Of a DNA stretch of 64,000 bases, positions 37,734-48,376 are shown piece by piece. A program made the position numbers and the translations under genes. The DNA lies in assembly GCA_050953065.1 (NCBI GenBank), contig JBMNLZ010000001.1, positions 32,001-96,000 on the forward strand, read 5' to 3'. Under the pieces are notes generated by a model that was not told the DNA's origin, did not search any database, and saw only the letters and a list, made by a program, of their open reading frames with translations. Source of the stretch: Bacilli bacterium. Lineage in GTDB: Bacteria > Bacillota_I > Bacilli_A > ML615J-28 > CAG-698. The first letter of the stretch is position 1, and every line of letters begins with the position of its first letter.

Positions 37734-39626
37734 ATGTCTAGAGTAGCAAGAATGTCAAAAATGCGAAAACCCAAAAATGCGAGAAAGACTTTAAGGAGAT
37801 TAATTACATATATTGGTAAACCTTATAAATATCAATTTGGAATATTATTTATTGCTGTAATCATTTCATCTTTACCAACAATTGCAGGAGCATATCTTCT
37901 AAAGAATTTGGTGAATGTGCATATTGCTGAACTAATAGGACAAACTAATCCAAATTTTACTAATGTTATCAATTTTATAGGTGTTATTTTTATTGTTTAT
38001 ATGTTAGGTGTTTTATCTACGTATATATTTAACAGAGTAGGTATTATTTTAACTAATAATGTATTAGAAAAAATTAGAAACGATCTTTTTTCTCATATGC
38101 AAAAATTACCTATTAAATATTTTGATTCTAAAACACATGGCGAATTAATGAGTAGATATACCAATGATGTTGATGCAATAAGACAATTATTGAGTCAAAG
38201 CTTACCAACTTTCATTACGGCACTTTTCACAATTATTGGTGTTTTTATCTATATGTGTATTATAAGTATTATATTAACTGTTTTTACAATTGTAATGTTT
38301 ACAATTATGCTTTTATCTCTTAAAGCTATTACTAAAAGAAGCTCTAAATATTTTATAAAACAACAAAAAGAACTTGGAAATGTTAATAGTTATATTGAAG
38401 AAATGATTGAAGGTCAAAAGGTCGTTAAAATATTTAACTATGAACCACAATCAAAAGCTAAGTTTGATGAAATAAACGAAAGTCTTTTTAAATCAAGTTC
38501 TAATGCAAATACATTTGGAAGTGTTTTATTTCCAGTTATGGGTAATTTAGGTTATGCACATTATGCATTAACTGCAGTTATGGGGGCTTTGTTTTTCATT
38601 AAAGGAATTGGTGGCCTTTTGGTGGGTGATATTATTGCTTTTCTTTATCTAACAAGAAATTTTTCGCAGCCAATAAGTCAAATTGCAATACAATTTAACT
38701 TTATTTTAACAGCATTAGCAGGTGCTGAAAGAATTTTTGAGGTTTTTGATGAAATTGAGGAAATAGATAATGGAAAAATTATTTTAGTTAATGGAATTTA
38801 TGAAAAAGATAAGTTTATAGAAAAAGATGAGTGTACAGGAATTTGGGCTTGGAAAAAAACTATATCTAATAATGAGTTTGAATATGTTAGATTAAAAGGG
38901 GATGTTCGTTTCCATAATGTAGTATTTGGATATCTTGAAGATCAAAAGGTTTTAAACAATGTTTCACTTTTTGCAAAACCAGGTCAAAAAATTGCTTTTG
39001 TAGGTTCAACTGGTGCTGGTAAAACTACAATAATAAATCTTATTAATAGATTTTATGAAATTCAAAGTGGTGATATTACATATGATGGTATAAATATTAG
39101 AGATATTAAGAAGGCTGATTTAAGAAAATCTCTTGCAATGGTATTACAAGATACACATTTATTTAGTGGAACTATTATGGAAAATATTAGATATGGTAAC
39201 TTGTTAGCAACTGATGAGGAAGTGATTAATGCTGCAAAACTTGCTAATGCTGATTTTTTTATTTCACATCTTCCAAATGGTTATGATACTGTTATTACAG
39301 CTGATGGAATGAATTTATCTCAAGGTCAAAGACAATTACTTAATATAGCAAGAGCAGCCGTTTCTAATCCACCAGTTTTAGTATTAGATGAGGCTACATC
39401 ATCTATAGATACTAGAACTGAGATGTTAATTGAAAAAGGTATGGATGAGCTTATGAAAAATAGGACAGTTTTTGTGATAGCACATAGACTTTCTACTGTA
39501 AGAAATGCAAAAGCTATATTAGTATTAGAAAATGGTGTTATAATTGAAAGAGGGAATCATGAAGATTTATTAAAACAAAAAGGTAAATATTATCAATTAT
39601 ATACAGGTGTTTTTGAATTAAACTAA
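37734..39626 (+). CDS. Heterodimeric ABC multidrug exporter subunit (consensus NBD)
   Basis: TMD, GSTGAGKT, LSQGQRQ, LDEATS, AHRL. Confidence 0.9.
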   Translation: MSRVARMSKMRKPKNARKTLRRLITYIGKPYKYQFGILFIAVIISSLPTIAGAYLLKNLVNVHIAELIGQTNPNFTNVINFIGVIFIVYMLGVLSTYIFNRVGIILTNNVLEKIRNDLFSHMQKLPIKYFDSKTHGELMSRYTNDVDAIRQLLSQSLPTFITALFTIIGVFIYMCIISIILTVFTIVMFTIMLLSLKAITKRSSKYFIKQQKELGNVNSYIEEMIEGQKVVKIFNYEPQSKAKFDEINESLFKSSSNANTFGSVLFPVMGNLGYAHYALTAVMGALFFIKGIGGLLVGDIIAFLYLTRNFSQPISQIAIQFNFILTALAGAERIFEVFDEIEEIDNGKIILVNGIYEKDKFIEKDECTGIWAWKKTISNNEFEYVRLKGDVRFHNVVFGYLEDQKVLNNVSLFAKPGQKIAFVGSTGAGKTTIINLINRFYEIQSGDITYDGINIRDIKKADLRKSLAMVLQDTHLFSGTIMENIRYGNLLATDEEVINAAKLANADFFISHLPNGYDTVITADGMNLSQGQRQLLNIARAAVSNPPVLVLDEATSSIDTRTEMLIEKGMDELMKNRTVFVIAHRLSTVRNAKAILVLENGVIIERGNHEDLLKQKGKYYQLYTGVFELN

Positions 39627-39641
39627 GAAAGGAAAAAATAT

Positions 39642-42182
39642 ATGCTTCAATGTAAAAATATAATTAAAAATTATTATGTTTCTGATATGGTAATAGGTGC
39701 ATTAAAAGGAATTGATTTAAGTTTTAGAAAAAACGAATTTGTATCAATCCTTGGTCCATCAGGATGTGGTAAAACTACATTGCTTAATATTATAGGCGGA
39801 CTTGATAGGTATACATCAGGAGATTTAGTAATTAAAGGTCGTTCAACAAAATCATATAAAGATCATGATTGGGATAGTTATAGAAATCATTCAATAGGAT
39901 TCGTCTTTCAAAGTTACAATTTAATTCAACATCAAACAATTTTAGAGAATGTCGAATTAGCGTTAACGCTATCGGGAATTTCAAAATCAGAAAGAGTTAG
40001 AAGAGCAAAAGAAGCTCTATCTCAAGTAGGTTTAGATGATCAAATTAAAAAAAGGCCGAATCAATTAAGTGGTGGACAAATGCAGCGAGTTGCTATTGCT
40101 AGAGCTTTAGTAAATCATCCAGATATTTTATTAGCAGATGAACCTACTGGAGCACTAGATTCTGACACTAGCACTCAAATCATGGATATTTTAAAAGAAA
40201 TTGCTAAAACAAAATTGGTTATTATGGTAACGCACAATTCGGAAATTGCAAATAAATATTCTAATAGAATAATTAAACTGTTAGATGGTAAAGTTATTGA
40301 TGATTCAAACCCTCACGTAATTGAAGAAGTAAAAGAAGAGATACCAAGAGAATCAAAAAAAGTTAAATCAAAATTAAAACAAAAAACTTCAATGTCTTTT
40401 ATAAATGCATTGTTTTTAAGTTATAGAAATCTAACTACTAAAAAAACTAGAACTTTTTTAACAGCTTTTGCTGGTTCTATAGGGATTATTGGTATAGCGT
40501 TAGTTCTATCATTATCAACAGGATTTCAGCGTTATGTAGATAAAATGCAAGCAGATACATTGTCAAGTTATCCTTTAATAATAGATTCCTCAACAATTGA
40601 TTATAATTCTTTTGCTCAAATGAATCGACCACCTCAAATGAAAGAATATCCTGATGCTAATCATATATATGTCAATACTGTAATGGAACAATTAACTAGT
40701 TTAAGAATTGAAAATAAGATAACTGATGAGTATGTAACTAATGCTATAGATACAATTGATTCAACTTTATATTATGATATTAAAATTAAAAACGATGTTA
40801 AGGTTAACATCTTTAAAGAAAATGAAGGAAATAAATATTTTAAAATACCTGCATCTTTTAAAATAGGCATGTATGAAATGAAAATATGGCAAGAACTCTT
40901 AGAAAATGAAGATTTTATTAGATCTCAATATGATATGATTGCTGGAGTTTGGCCAACTGAAAAAAATCAAATTGTTTTAGTAGTTGATAAATATAACCAA
41001 TTAAGTGATTTAATATTAATGGGATTAGGTATAACTAATTATGAGGATTTAGATTCTGAACCTAACGATGATAAAATTTCTATATCATATGATACATTAA
41101 TAGGAATGAAATATAAATTGTTATATAATAATGATTTATATATCTATGATGAGATAAATAGTAAATTTGTTAATAATTTTAACAAATATCCGGTTCAAGG
41201 TGTAGAAATAGGCTATTTTAGTAATAGCATAGTAGACTCAGGTGTTGATTTAGAAATATGTGCTATTTTAAGACCGAATGAGGAAACTGCGATTGGTTCT
41301 ATAACTGGGGCAATAGGTTATTCTAATGAGTTATCAGATGAGATATTAAGTCGTTCTTTAGGAGGAAATGGATTTGAACCATCTAGTCTTGCAACATGGT
41401 ATTATGAAAAGTTAGAAGCAGAAGACTATGTAAATCCATTTACAGGTGAAGTATATATTGATGTTCCTAATGGTGAAACTGCTCTTGAACAATTTAAGTT
41501 CGAAATGACTGCATTATTGGGCTCTTATGATATAACTGAAATTGAAATTTATCCTATAGATTTTAAATCTAAAGATATGATTAAAAAACATCTAGATGAT
41601 TACAATGATAAAGTAATTGCTGAGGCTTTAGATCAATATTATATAGATAATGGAATTAATAAAGAAGAAGCAACTGAAGAACAAATTGAGGCAGCCAAAC
41701 TTTATGCAAAATCAGCTGGAGTATATTATACTGATGTAATGGAATTAGTGGTATCTTCAATTAATACAGTAATTTCAGCTATTAAATATGTTTTAATCGC
41801 ATTTACATCTATTTCTTTGGTGGTATCTTCTATAATGATAGGTATAATTACATATGTTTCTGTTTTAGAAAGAACTAAAGAAATAGGAATTTTAAGAAGT
41901 ATTGGTGCTAGAAAGAAAGATATTTCAAGGGTATTCAACGCTGAAACATTAATTATCGGAGGCTTTGCGGGCTTTTTAGGAGTAACAGTGACCATATTAT
42001 TGAATATTCCAATAAATATAATCTTAGCAAATCTAGTAGATATTAATAATATTGCTAAATTGTTACCAACTCATGCACTTACATTAATTCTTATTAGTAT
42101 GACTTTAACATTAATTGCTGGAATTATTCCATCAAGAATTGCTGCTAAGAAAGATCCAGTGGAAGCTTTAAGAACTGAATAG
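39642..42182 (+). CDS. MacB/FtsX-type ABC ATPase-permease fusion
   Basis: GPSGCGKT, LSGGQMQR, ADEPTGALD; ERTKEIGILRSIGA; KKDPVEALRTE. Confidence 0.9.
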   Translation: MLQCKNIIKNYYVSDMVIGALKGIDLSFRKNEFVSILGPSGCGKTTLLNIIGGLDRYTSGDLVIKGRSTKSYKDHDWDSYRNHSIGFVFQSYNLIQHQTILENVELALTLSGISKSERVRRAKEALSQVGLDDQIKKRPNQLSGGQMQRVAIARALVNHPDILLADEPTGALDSDTSTQIMDILKEIAKTKLVIMVTHNSEIANKYSNRIIKLLDGKVIDDSNPHVIEEVKEEIPRESKKVKSKLKQKTSMSFINALFLSYRNLTTKKTRTFLTAFAGSIGIIGIALVLSLSTGFQRYVDKMQADTLSSYPLIIDSSTIDYNSFAQMNRPPQMKEYPDANHIYVNTVMEQLTSLRIENKITDEYVTNAIDTIDSTLYYDIKIKNDVKVNIFKENEGNKYFKIPASFKIGMYEMKIWQELLENEDFIRSQYDMIAGVWPTEKNQIVLVVDKYNQLSDLILMGLGITNYEDLDSEPNDDKISISYDTLIGMKYKLLYNNDLYIYDEINSKFVNNFNKYPVQGVEIGYFSNSIVDSGVDLEICAILRPNEETAIGSITGAIGYSNELSDEILSRSLGGNGFEPSSLATWYYEKLEAEDYVNPFTGEVYIDVPNGETALEQFKFEMTALLGSYDITEIEIYPIDFKSKDMIKKHLDDYNDKVIAEALDQYYIDNGINKEEATEEQIEAAKLYAKSAGVYYTDVMELVVSSINTVISAIKYVLIAFTSISLVVSSIMIGIITYVSVLERTKEIGILRSIGARKKDISRVFNAETLIIGGFAGFLGVTVTILLNIPINIILANLVDINNIAKLLPTHALTLILISMTLTLIAGIIPSRIAAKKDPVEALRTE

Positions 42183-42188
42183 TTTTAA

Positions 42189-42231
42189 AAAAAATATGAT
42201 TTTATGGTAAATCCATAAAATCATATTTTTT
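42189..42231. terminator. Bidirectional terminator
   Basis: AAAAATATGATTTTATGG / CCATAAAATCATATTTTT between convergent genes. Confidence 0.8.
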
Positions 42232-43396
42232 AAATTTGTTGTTCATAATAAATTTTAAATATTAATCTTTGAGTTCTAGAGAAGATATATGTAGGAGGAG
42301 TTGAAGGCGGTTGATTAGGCGGAACTACTATAACAGGGTTGTCTATATAACTATCTACACCTTCTTTTACTCCACTTAGTTTTAAATATAAGTCATTAAA
42401 AAACTCGGCTATATCTGCAAACAAACTGTATTTTTTCCAAAAATCATTTGCATTGACACGTTCTAAACGAACTTCTTGTGTAATGTATGCAGACATTTCA
42501 GTATAGTCATCTTTTGAAAAATGGTAAATAGCAGATAAAAGTTGTGGATAAATATTATGATAGGCACTATATCTTAAGTAGTCATCTTTACTAGTAAGAG
42601 TAATATATGTTGCGATTAGGTTTGCTTCAGTCTCTCTCATGACACCTTTAGTGTGTGCGAGTTCATGTGAAATTGTAAAAGGTAGTGAATATGCAGGAAT
42701 TTTTGTGTTGAAGTTAGCTTCACCAGTTGGAGCAAAAGCTACACCTTCAATGTGCATTTGACTCATTAACCAGCTGGTAATTATTGGTTTTGGTTTAGGA
42801 GTATACGAGTGAAAGTAAGAATTATCTAGTTTTGAAAATTCATCTTGAATAATCTCTGCGAGCTCGCTATATGAATAAGGGCATATTATATTTGAATTTT
42901 CGTCTCTTTTTAATAGTTCTGAATTAGTAGTTATATTATAAAAGTCTTGTAGAAAGTATCTAGATATTTCCACCAATTCTTCAGCTTCAAGATCTCCTAG
43001 ATAAACATCTAATTCTAAATCATCTCTATTATAGGCAAAGGAAGCAGTAGTAGTATAAATGACAGTTATTGAAAGTACGTAAATAACTAAAATTAGTAGT
43101 TGGTTTAGAGACCTCAATTTATTAGTGCCTTTTAAACATACAAAAATTTTTATGATTGAAAAAAGCACAAAAACAATTGAAACTGCAATTATTAGTTCAA
43201 AAATACTAAAATCAAAAAAACTAGAAATCCTACCAAAAATATTAATCCAATTTCTACTTATATTTTGTGAAATAAATTCAGAAATTTTTGAGCTTGTTTT
43301 TAAAAGCAATAAAATAACCAATATAACAAGTAAAACTATAGAAGATATAATTTTAGGTTTTAATTTCAAAGGTTTTTTAATATTTAAATCAAACAT
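42230..43396 (-). CDS. DUF3810-like membrane-anchored zincin (HExxH) protein
   Basis: N-terminal TM helices; PTGEAN, PFTISHELAH..G..RE.EAN, YLRYS. Confidence 0.75.
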   Translation of the reverse strand: MFDLNIKKPLKLKPKIISSIVLLVILVILLLLKTSSKISEFISQNISRNWINIFGRISSFFDFSIFELIIAVSIVFVLFSIIKIFVCLKGTNKLRSLNQLLILVIYVLSITVIYTTTASFAYNRDDLELDVYLGDLEAEELVEISRYFLQDFYNITTNSELLKRDENSNIICPYSYSELAEIIQDEFSKLDNSYFHSYTPKPKPIITSWLMSQMHIEGVAFAPTGEANFNTKIPAYSLPFTISHELAHTKGVMRETEANLIATYITLTSKDDYLRYSAYHNIYPQLLSAIYHFSKDDYTEMSAYITQEVRLERVNANDFWKKYSLFADIAEFFNDLYLKLSGVKEGVDSYIDNPVIVVPPNQPPSTPPTYIFSRTQRLIFKIYYEQQI

Positions 43397-43523
43397 ATTA
43401 TCTCCTTTTAAGTTTCTTCTTAATGATATTATATCATAACCAAATTAAAATGTAAAAAAACATTGATAAAATTTTAATTTTATTATAGAATATATACTGG
43501 CATGTTATGAAACGGAGGTATAT

Positions 43524-44768
43524 ATGAAAAATTTAAAAGGTGCATGTTTATTTGGACAATCAGGAGGACCGACATCAGTTATTAATGCTAGTGCTGCTGG
43601 AGTGTTTATCGAGGCTTTAAAGCAAGATTTAATAACTGAGGTTTATGGAGCAGAACATGGTATAAAAGGTGTTTTAGATGAAAGATTTTTTGATATTAGT
43701 AAAGAAGATGCTGAGGAATTAGTATTATTAAAAAATACACCATCATCAGAATTAGGTTCTGTTCGTTATAAATTAGCAAAAGCTGAAGTTGATGATACAG
43801 ATTATAAAAGAATATTAGAAGTTTTTCAAAAATATAATATAAGATATTTCTTCTATAATGGAGGAAATGATTCGATGGATACTTGCAATAAAATTAGCAA
43901 GTACTTAAAAGCAGCAAAATATGATTGTAATGTTATAGGCGTTCCTAAAACTATTGATAATGATTTATTTGGAACAGATCATTGCCCTGGATTTGGTAGT
44001 GCAGCAAAATATGTAGCAACTACTATGATGGAATTATATTTAGATACTCATGTTTACAATACTGGTTTAATTACAGTAGTAGAAATCATGGGAAGAAATG
44101 CAGGTTGGTTAACTGCTGCATCTCATTTAGCAAGTTTAGATGGTAAAGGACCTGATTTAATCTATCTACCTGAGATACCTTTTGATTTAGATAAAGTTAT
44201 TGAAGATGTAAAAGAAGTTGCTGCTAGAAAACAAAATAAGGTAATTGTTGCAATTTCTGAAGGAATCAAAGATAAAAATGGTAAATATATTTTTGAATAT
44301 GGTGCAGAAATTTCAAAAGATTCATTTGGACATGCTCAATTAGGAGGAGCAGCGTCTGTTTTAGCTGGAATCATTAAAGATAAATTAAATGTTAAAGTAA
44401 GACCGATTGAATTTAGTTTGCTTCAAAGATGCGCTGCTCATTTAGCATCAAAAACTGATGTAGAAGAAGCGTTTATGGCTGGTAGAATGGCTGTTAAATA
44501 TGCAGTAGCTGGTGAAACTGATAAAATGGTTGTTTTCAAAAGAGCAGAAGGTCCAGTTTATAAAATTTCTTATGAATTATTAGATGTTTCTTTAGCTGCT
44601 AATACTGAAAAGAAAGTCCCAAGAGAATGGATAAATAAGGCTGGAAATGGTATTGAACAACCATTTGTTGATTATGCATTACCACTTATTCAAGGCGAAT
44701 CTAAAGCACCTCTAGTTAATGGCTTGCCAAGATTTGCTAAACTTGAAAAAATATTAGTTAAAAAATAA
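43524..44768 (+). CDS. 6-phosphofructokinase, probably PPi-dependent
   Basis: GQSGGPTSVIN, GGNDS, PKTIDND, DHCPGFGSAA, EIMGRNAGWL. Confidence 0.9.
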   Translation: MKNLKGACLFGQSGGPTSVINASAAGVFIEALKQDLITEVYGAEHGIKGVLDERFFDISKEDAEELVLLKNTPSSELGSVRYKLAKAEVDDTDYKRILEVFQKYNIRYFFYNGGNDSMDTCNKISKYLKAAKYDCNVIGVPKTIDNDLFGTDHCPGFGSAAKYVATTMMELYLDTHVYNTGLITVVEIMGRNAGWLTAASHLASLDGKGPDLIYLPEIPFDLDKVIEDVKEVAARKQNKVIVAISEGIKDKNGKYIFEYGAEISKDSFGHAQLGGAASVLAGIIKDKLNVKVRPIEFSLLQRCAAHLASKTDVEEAFMAGRMAVKYAVAGETDKMVVFKRAEGPVYKISYELLDVSLAANTEKKVPREWINKAGNGIEQPFVDYALPLIQGESKAPLVNGLPRFAKLEKILVKK

Positions 44769-44774
44769 ATTTTA

Positions 44775-44806
44775 AAAACTAATCCAAAAATATTTGGGTT
44801 AGTTTT
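44775..44806 (+). terminator. Intrinsic terminator
   Basis: AAAACTAATCCAAA / TTTGGGTTAGTTTT hairpin. Confidence 0.75.
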
Positions 44807-44873
44807 ATTTTTTGAGATATTGCAATAAATATGTAATTGTGATAAAATTATATTAGTTTTAAAGGAGAAAAAT

Positions 44874-46763
44874 ATGAAAAAAATATTAAAAAGTTTACTT
44901 ATTTTTGTTTTAGTATTTACAATTATTTCATTAAGCAGTATTGAAGCCGCTGAGATTACTGGTGTTTACAATGTTACTAGCACTGAAGAAGACACAGAAT
45001 TATGGTATAATGTAAGACACACTAGACAATTAGCAGAAGCTAGCAGTCAAATTGTAAGTGGAAATGCTGCTGGATCTGGTGGCGGTGGAGCGGCTGTACG
45101 TGGTCAACTTTATCCACAACAAGTAAATATTTTGGAAGTTCCTTCAAGCGAAACTGTAAAAATTGTTCCTTGGACAAAATTTGTTACTAACTCTGCTTGG
45201 AAATTGAATACTGTTAAATCAATGGCAACAGATTTTGAAAATAAAAATCCTGGTTGGAAAGTAATTGGTGCAGTAAATGGTGATTTCTTTGATATAAAAG
45301 CAAACAATCCGTTACCATATCAACCTAATAATACTCATGCATCAATGGGTGAGTTTTATAAAACTACTACAGGTAGATCAGTTGGTTTTAGAAATGATGG
45401 TTCAATTGAGTCTATTGTCGGTGGTGTAGCAGCAACTAGATCAGGTTTTAAATTAAATATATATGATTCAGAAAATGCAATTATTAAAGAATTTGATGTT
45501 AACAAAGTAAATCAAGCTCCTGGAGAAGGAGAAGTTAGTTTATATTATTCATATTATACAACTGTAGATGATCCTGATCCACATAAACCTATTCCAATTG
45601 ATGTTACTCCAGATGGGCTTAACGCTTATGTAGTAGAGGAAGCTGAAAGATCTCTTGCTAACTCAACTGATAATTTTTATGGAAAAGGCGTTATTTCATC
45701 AGTAACTACTTCAACTTTTAATTTAACAGCAGGTCAGTTTGCTCTAGTTAGTAATAATAGTGAAGTAAATGCTAATTTACAAAAAGATGTAACTATAAGA
45801 GTTCAAAGAATTATGACTGGAGCTTATGAAGGAATTAATGACTTTATGGGCTGTGGAATTACATTATTAAAAGATTCAGAACCTATTGATGAAGATGTAA
45901 ATCGTCATCCAAGAACTGTTGTTGGAAGAAAAGCTGATGGGACTATAGTTTTAGCAGTAATAGATGGGCGCCAACCATTATCAAATATGTATGGAGTTAC
46001 AAGTGATGAGATGCAAGCACTAATGGCACACTATGATTGTGTTGATGCTTATAATTTAGATGGTGGAGGCTCTTCAACTTTAGTAATTTTAGAAAACGGT
46101 GAGTTTGTTGTTAAAAATTCTCCATCTGATGGTAGTGAAAGAGCTGATGCAAACTGTTTATTAGTAGTAGTAAAAGAGCCTGTTATTAATCATCAAGTAA
46201 CTTCAAGAACAACTTCAAAAGTAAGTTTGTCAATAGATATAGTAGAAACTAATGGTCATCCAATTGAAAAATTATTTGTTAAAATGAATAACGAAATTAA
46301 AGAAGTCCCAAGCGAAGGTGAAATTGTATTTGAAGGCTTAGAATCAAACACTGATTATGTATATGAATTTATGTATGAGGATGAAACGGAAGATTCTGTT
46401 AGTTTGATTAGTTGTGGACGAATTACTACTGCAAAAAAAATGCCTCGATTTGCTAATATTACCTTTGATCAAGTAGGTAGTAATTTAAAAATTACTCCGA
46501 ATTTTAATGATCCTGATTTTGCTGTTATTGGAATGTATATTAGCATAAACGGAACAAAATATTTTACTACTGATGGTATAGCAAACGTTAAAAATAAAAC
46601 TTATAGCGAAGAAGATGTAATATTCTTATATTATGAAGTTATCTTAAATGATGGATCTCCAAAAAAGGTGAAAACGTACTATTCTCCACAGTTTTCAAGT
46701 TGCGTAGTTTTAGGGGATATGCGTATGGCTAGAAATGAGCTTTCTGCTAGTATATTCAAATAA
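44874..46763 (+). CDS. Secreted phosphodiester glycosidase (NAGPA/DUF2233) family protein with FN3-like domain
   Basis: Signal peptide; VNGDFF, RHPRTVVG, IDGRQ, NLDGGGSS, NSPSDG.ER. Confidence 0.85.
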   Translation: MKKILKSLLIFVLVFTIISLSSIEAAEITGVYNVTSTEEDTELWYNVRHTRQLAEASSQIVSGNAAGSGGGGAAVRGQLYPQQVNILEVPSSETVKIVPWTKFVTNSAWKLNTVKSMATDFENKNPGWKVIGAVNGDFFDIKANNPLPYQPNNTHASMGEFYKTTTGRSVGFRNDGSIESIVGGVAATRSGFKLNIYDSENAIIKEFDVNKVNQAPGEGEVSLYYSYYTTVDDPDPHKPIPIDVTPDGLNAYVVEEAERSLANSTDNFYGKGVISSVTTSTFNLTAGQFALVSNNSEVNANLQKDVTIRVQRIMTGAYEGINDFMGCGITLLKDSEPIDEDVNRHPRTVVGRKADGTIVLAVIDGRQPLSNMYGVTSDEMQALMAHYDCVDAYNLDGGGSSTLVILENGEFVVKNSPSDGSERADANCLLVVVKEPVINHQVTSRTTSKVSLSIDIVETNGHPIEKLFVKMNNEIKEVPSEGEIVFEGLESNTDYVYEFMYEDETEDSVSLISCGRITTAKKMPRFANITFDQVGSNLKITPNFNDPDFAVIGMYISINGTKYFTTDGIANVKNKTYSEEDVIFLYYEVILNDGSPKKVKTYYSPQFSSCVVLGDMRMARNELSASIFK

Positions 46764-46792
46764 TGAAATTTTTTAAAAATAATTTAATTAAT

Positions 46793-46827
46793 AAAAGAAC
46801 TAAACTTAAAAAGTTTAGTTCTTTTTT
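46793..46827 (+). terminator. Intrinsic terminator
   Basis: AAAAGAACTAAACTT / AAGTTTAGTTCTTTT hairpin. Confidence 0.8.
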
Positions 46828-46883
46828 AATTTATTGATAAAATGTAAGTTTTATAGTATAATAATTTAGGTTTAGAGGTAATT

Positions 46884-48242
46884 ATGAATAATTTAAAAGT
46901 AGATGAAATAATTTTTATAACAATTAAAAGAATAGGAATTAATGGCGAAGGAATAGGCTATTATAAAAGATTAGCAATTTTTGTTGATAATGCTTTGGTT
47001 GGAGAAGAAGTAGAAGTAAAAATTACTAATTCTTATGAAAAATATGCGATTGCAGAAATTGTCAAAATTAAGAAAATATCACCATCAAGAGTAAAACCTG
47101 CATGTCCTTATTATGATAAATGTGGTGGTTGTCAAATGCAACATTTAGAATATGAAGAACAATTAAAAGAAAAGAAGAATATTTTGATATATTCTTTTGA
47201 GAGATATTTAAATGGTTTTAATAAAATAAAAATTAATGAAACTATTGGGATGGATGAACCTTATTTTTATAGAAATAAAACACAATTACCAATTAGACAT
47301 GATGGTGATAAGGTTGTAGCTGGATTATATGCAAAAAATACTAATAAACTTGTTTATATTGATGAGTGTTTAGTTGAAAGTAAATTAGTTCAAAAGACAT
47401 TTAAGGCGGTTTTAGATGCACTTACTAAAACTAATGTAGACATTTATAATCCTAAATTCAAACAAGGGTTAGTGAGATATGTGGTAGTTAGAGGGTTTGA
47501 AGAAACAAAAGAAGTTCAAGTAACTTTGGTAATTATGGAGTTAGATTCAAAAATTTTAAAGGCAATGAAATTAATTTCAAAAATTGAAAATGTAAAATCT
47601 GTAAATTATTGTATTAATACCGATTTAAAAGGAATTGAAATTCTAAATAATCAAATAGTAAATGTAGAAGGCAAAACTACTATTGCGGGTAAATTGCAAG
47701 ATTTATCTTTTGATATTTCTCCAAATAGTTTTTTCCAATTAAATACTAAACAAACTTTAGTTTTATATGAAGAAATTAAAAAAGCGATTAGCCCAAAAGG
47801 TGATGAGAAAATATTAGATTGTTATTGTGGTATAGGAAGTATTGGACTTTTCTTAGCTTCTTCAGTAAAAGAAGTAAGAGGGATTGATAATAATAAAGAA
47901 AATATTGAAAATGCAAAGAATTTCGCAAAAAAGAATTCTATAAATAATGCCTTATTTTATTTTGGAAATATTTTGCCTCACTTGAATGCTTTTAATAAAA
48001 GTGACTATCATCCAGATGTTGTAATAGTAGATCCGCCTCGAAAAGGATTAGAACTTAATTTTATTAATTATTTACAAAAAAATAAAATTAAAAAAATTGT
48101 TTATGTTTCTTGTAATCCTTCAACTCTTGCTAAAAACTTAAATCATTTACAAAAAGATTATATCGTAAGATATATTCAACCTGTGGATATGTTCCCTCAA
48201 ACTTCAAACGTTGAATGTGTAGTACTTTTAGAGAGAAGATAG
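46884..48242 (+). CDS. rlmD: 23S rRNA m5U methyltransferase
   Basis: TRAM domain, CPYYDKCGGC Fe-S motif, SFFQ.N, DCYCGIG, VDPPRKG, YVSCNP, DMFPQT..VE. Confidence 0.92.
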   Translation: MNNLKVDEIIFITIKRIGINGEGIGYYKRLAIFVDNALVGEEVEVKITNSYEKYAIAEIVKIKKISPSRVKPACPYYDKCGGCQMQHLEYEEQLKEKKNILIYSFERYLNGFNKIKINETIGMDEPYFYRNKTQLPIRHDGDKVVAGLYAKNTNKLVYIDECLVESKLVQKTFKAVLDALTKTNVDIYNPKFKQGLVRYVVVRGFEETKEVQVTLVIMELDSKILKAMKLISKIENVKSVNYCINTDLKGIEILNNQIVNVEGKTTIAGKLQDLSFDISPNSFFQLNTKQTLVLYEEIKKAISPKGDEKILDCYCGIGSIGLFLASSVKEVRGIDNNKENIENAKNFAKKNSINNALFYFGNILPHLNAFNKSDYHPDVVIVDPPRKGLELNFINYLQKNKIKKIVYVSCNPSTLAKNLNHLQKDYIVRYIQPVDMFPQTSNVECVVLLERR

Positions 48243-48264
48243 GAAGTTGTTTGTAATAATTATT

Positions 48265-48291
48265 AACACTCACTTACAAGTGAGTGTTTTT
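48265..48291 (+). terminator. Intrinsic terminator
   Basis: AACACTCACTT / AAGTGAGTGTT hairpin plus T tract. Confidence 0.8.
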
Positions 48292-48376
48292 ATTTTAAAT
48301 ATTGAAAAAAATAGATTTATTTAGTATAATATATTGGAAGGTTGTTAAGGAAAGGAGAAGCACGATTTAAAAAATT

